Origin: an uncultured Chlorobiaceae bacterium
Lineage (GTDB): Bacteria; Bacteroidota; Chlorobiia; Chlorobiales; Chlorobiaceae
Reading direction: 5' to 3'
Assembly: GCA_903839405.1 (NCBI GenBank)
Contig: CAIMCD010000042.1
Coordinates: forward strand, 2,518-66,517
DNA: 64,000 bases
The notes beneath the pieces were generated by a model. The model worked only from the letters and a program-made list of their open reading frames with translations, was not told the origin of the DNA and did no database searches. Numbering within the stretch: position 1 is the stretch's first letter; every line of letters starts with the position of its first letter. Shown one piece after another: positions 62,364 through 64,000 of the stretch. The position numbers were made by a program, and so were the translations under genes.

Positions 62364-62596
62364 ATCCGCACCATAACTAAGATGTGTAAGATTCAAGAAC
62401 CCGTAAAACACGGTGGGAACAGCCTTCAGATTTTTTGCTTCCAATGGGCAGGAGTGTTGCCACTCTGCCTGAACTTCTCCCTGACGTGTGCCTGGGATGG
62501 GTTCAATAAGGCCTGCAATCAACAAGAAGAGTTTGGCTCCCTATTCTTTAGTGTTAGTTCTTTTACTTACAAACACCTCAATCACCTGGTGCGGAT
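62364..62596 (-). ncRNA. ssrS: 6S RNA
   Basis: Lies between zapA and rny, a known 6S RNA neighbourhood. Ends pair as ATCCGCACCA/TGGTGCGGAT and continue as a G-U-rich stem that only works on the minus strand; internal TGAACCC...CCCACC...GGGTTC elements. Ends approximate. Confidence 0.75.
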
Positions 62597-62620
62597 ATTT
62601 CTCTAGTTCAATGTAACGGA

Positions 62621-62884
62621 TTATTGCAAATGTTGCCCTATAAAATCATTAAGGGCTGCAAGTTTCTGCTTCAGCAACGCCATCTCCTCTTCAAGCTCTA
62701 TCTTCTTTTCAGCAAAGGAAATTGCCGAAAGCACCGCCAGCTTGACCGGTTCAAACGAAGGGGCCTTGGTAGCAAAAAGCCGCATGACGCCGTCAACATC
62801 CAAAGCCGCCTTTTCGGTCAGCTCCCGTCGCTCAACCCTTAAAGGATAACTGTCGCCATAAACATTTACATCGATTTTTTCCAT
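62621..62884 (-). CDS. zapA: Cell division protein ZapA
   Basis: V.VYGDSYPL, A..VD..M, LAVLSAI pattern and C-terminal coiled coil; pheT-x-zapA-rny synteny. Confidence 0.85.
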   Translation of the reverse strand: MEKIDVNVYGDSYPLRVERRELTEKAALDVDGVMRLFATKAPSFEPVKLAVLSAISFAEKKIELEEEMALLKQKLAALNDFIGQHLQ

Positions 62885-62892
62885 CTCATTAC

Positions 62893-63198
62893 TTACAAGG
62901 CCTGATCGTTTCTGAGTTCCATTTCTATTTTCTGCAAAATCAGAAGCAGCTTCTGCTTTACCTGCAACTTCTCTGAATAGGCAAACTCTTCACTGCTGCT
63001 GCCGCTTTCTGAAGAAGCAATAGAGCCCGGTAGTTTAAATGACCTCAGAATATTCTGCAGCGTTGAGAGTTCCGATCGCAATAACTCATTCTCTTTCCGG
63101 TAATCAATCAACCGGGCAACAAGGTGTTCAATATTACCTTCAAGAAGGTTGATGTCAACCTTGATGTTTTGCCCATCAGGATCATGCATAGAACTCAA
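62893..63198 (-). CDS. Coiled-coil protein (ZapB-like position)
   Basis: Heptad-rich LE..IE.L...L...RKENELLRSEL segment; sits between pheT and zapA. Confidence 0.7.
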   Translation of the reverse strand: MSSMHDPDGQNIKVDINLLEGNIEHLVARLIDYRKENELLRSELSTLQNILRSFKLPGSIASSESGSSSEEFAYSEKLQVKQKLLLILQKIEMELRNDQAL

Positions 63199-63205
63199 GA
63201 GAGTA

Positions 63206-64000
63206 TCAGACTTGTCGAATTACCGCACCAAGCTTACTTGCAGCATTGCTGCCAACTTTCGAGAGAATTTCACTGATTCGTTCATCCTGCAGCGTTCCCG
63301 AATGATCAGCAATTTCAAGAGAGAGTGCAACACTGCGCTCCCCTCCATCTGCGGACGTGCGTTCAAAAAGATCAAACACACACACCTCCCTGATCAAAGC
63401 GTCACTTGAACGCACAACATCGACAAGTGACTGTACAGAAACATTCTGCGGTACATTAAGCGATAAATCCCTCTGAACAACAGGAAATCTGGACGGCGGC
63501 TCATAGGTCACTGCAGGATTGAAACAACGGGCAAGAAGAGCCACATCCAGTTCTGCAATATAAACCTCCTGGCCGATATCAAATTTCTTTAAAAGAGCCG
63601 AATCAACTTGCTGAACCACTCCAAGAGGGCAAGTGCAGCTTTTTTCGTCAACACCGATCTGCACGTCAATACCGGCAGTGGTTCCATTATAAATATTCAC
63701 CACTGATTTATCAAGTAAATTCAGCTTTTCAAGCAGCATCTCCACCGCACCCATAACATCGTAAAAATCCGTCTTTTCCTGCGACTGGTTCCAGCTTCTG
63801 GGAAAGCGGCTGCCGGTCATTGCCAGCAGCAGATACTCCTTTTCACTGTAGGCCTCAAGCGGCGATGCAGACGCTGCATCCTCTGCCAATCGTTTGAAGG
63901 CGCTGGCAACCTCAAAAAACTTCAAATCCCGGTTACCGTGGCGGATATTATGGCCGATAACCTTCAAAAATCCGGGCACCAGAGCGGGACGAAGCACCTC
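63206..64000 (-). CDS. pheT: Phenylalanine-tRNA ligase beta subunit, C-terminal part (truncated by the window edge)
   Basis: LRPALVPG, LKFFEV, SRFPVVQRDLS and the FDX-ACB domain (FDLF...SVAL...L.DE.I). Confidence 0.95.
   Translation of the reverse strand, partial: EVLRPALVPGFLKVIGHNIRHGNRDLKFFEVASAFKRLAEDAASASPLEAYSEKEYLLLAMTGSRFPRSWNQSQEKTDFYDVMGAVEMLLEKLNLLDKSVVNIYNGTTAGIDVQIGVDEKSCTCPLGVVQQVDSALLKKFDIGQEVYIAELDVALLARCFNPAVTYEPPSRFPVVQRDLSLNVPQNVSVQSLVDVVRSSDALIREVCVFDLFERTSADGGERSVALSLEIADHSGTLQDERISEILSKVGSNAASKLGAVIRQV

Overview
Chromosomal window from a green sulfur bacterium (Chlorobiaceae; it carries fmoA, the FMO bacteriochlorophyll a antenna protein). Most of it is core housekeeping: thiC (cut by the left edge), tpiA, greA, degP, trpE, lepB-lepA, fmt-def, fur, proBA-lolD, mpl, gap, hrcA-grpE-dnaJ, prmC, proS, ahpC, ispE, lnt, fmoA, purT, lptF/G, tRNA-Lys, secG, hisB, rny, 6S RNA, zapA and pheT (cut by the right edge). 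Five small accessory islets interrupt it: (1) an antitoxin/ParE pair at about 9.9-10.4 kb; (2) about 19-22.9 kb, with a secreted Sel1-repeat gene, vapBC, a hydrolase, a decayed second copy of the Sel1 gene and an orphan membrane protein; (3) about 37-39.3 kb, four co-oriented genes ending in an endolysin-like GH19; (4) about 41.8-42.8 kb, an orphan higA with a probable higB stump and a small secreted protein; (5) about 53.9-59.2 kb, next to the 3' end of tRNA-Lys(CTT). The best candidate for an undescribed system is in islet 5: an 894-aa LRR-Roc-COR-TIR (Roco) protein. Its eight near-identical LRRs vary mainly at the predicted ligand-facing positions, its TIR keeps the predicted catalytic glutamate, and it is divergent from a stand-alone DEDDh exonuclease. 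This suggests an NLR-like, GTPase-switched immune receptor, but that is inference. No database searches were run; all family calls rest on motif recognition and all counts were made by hand.
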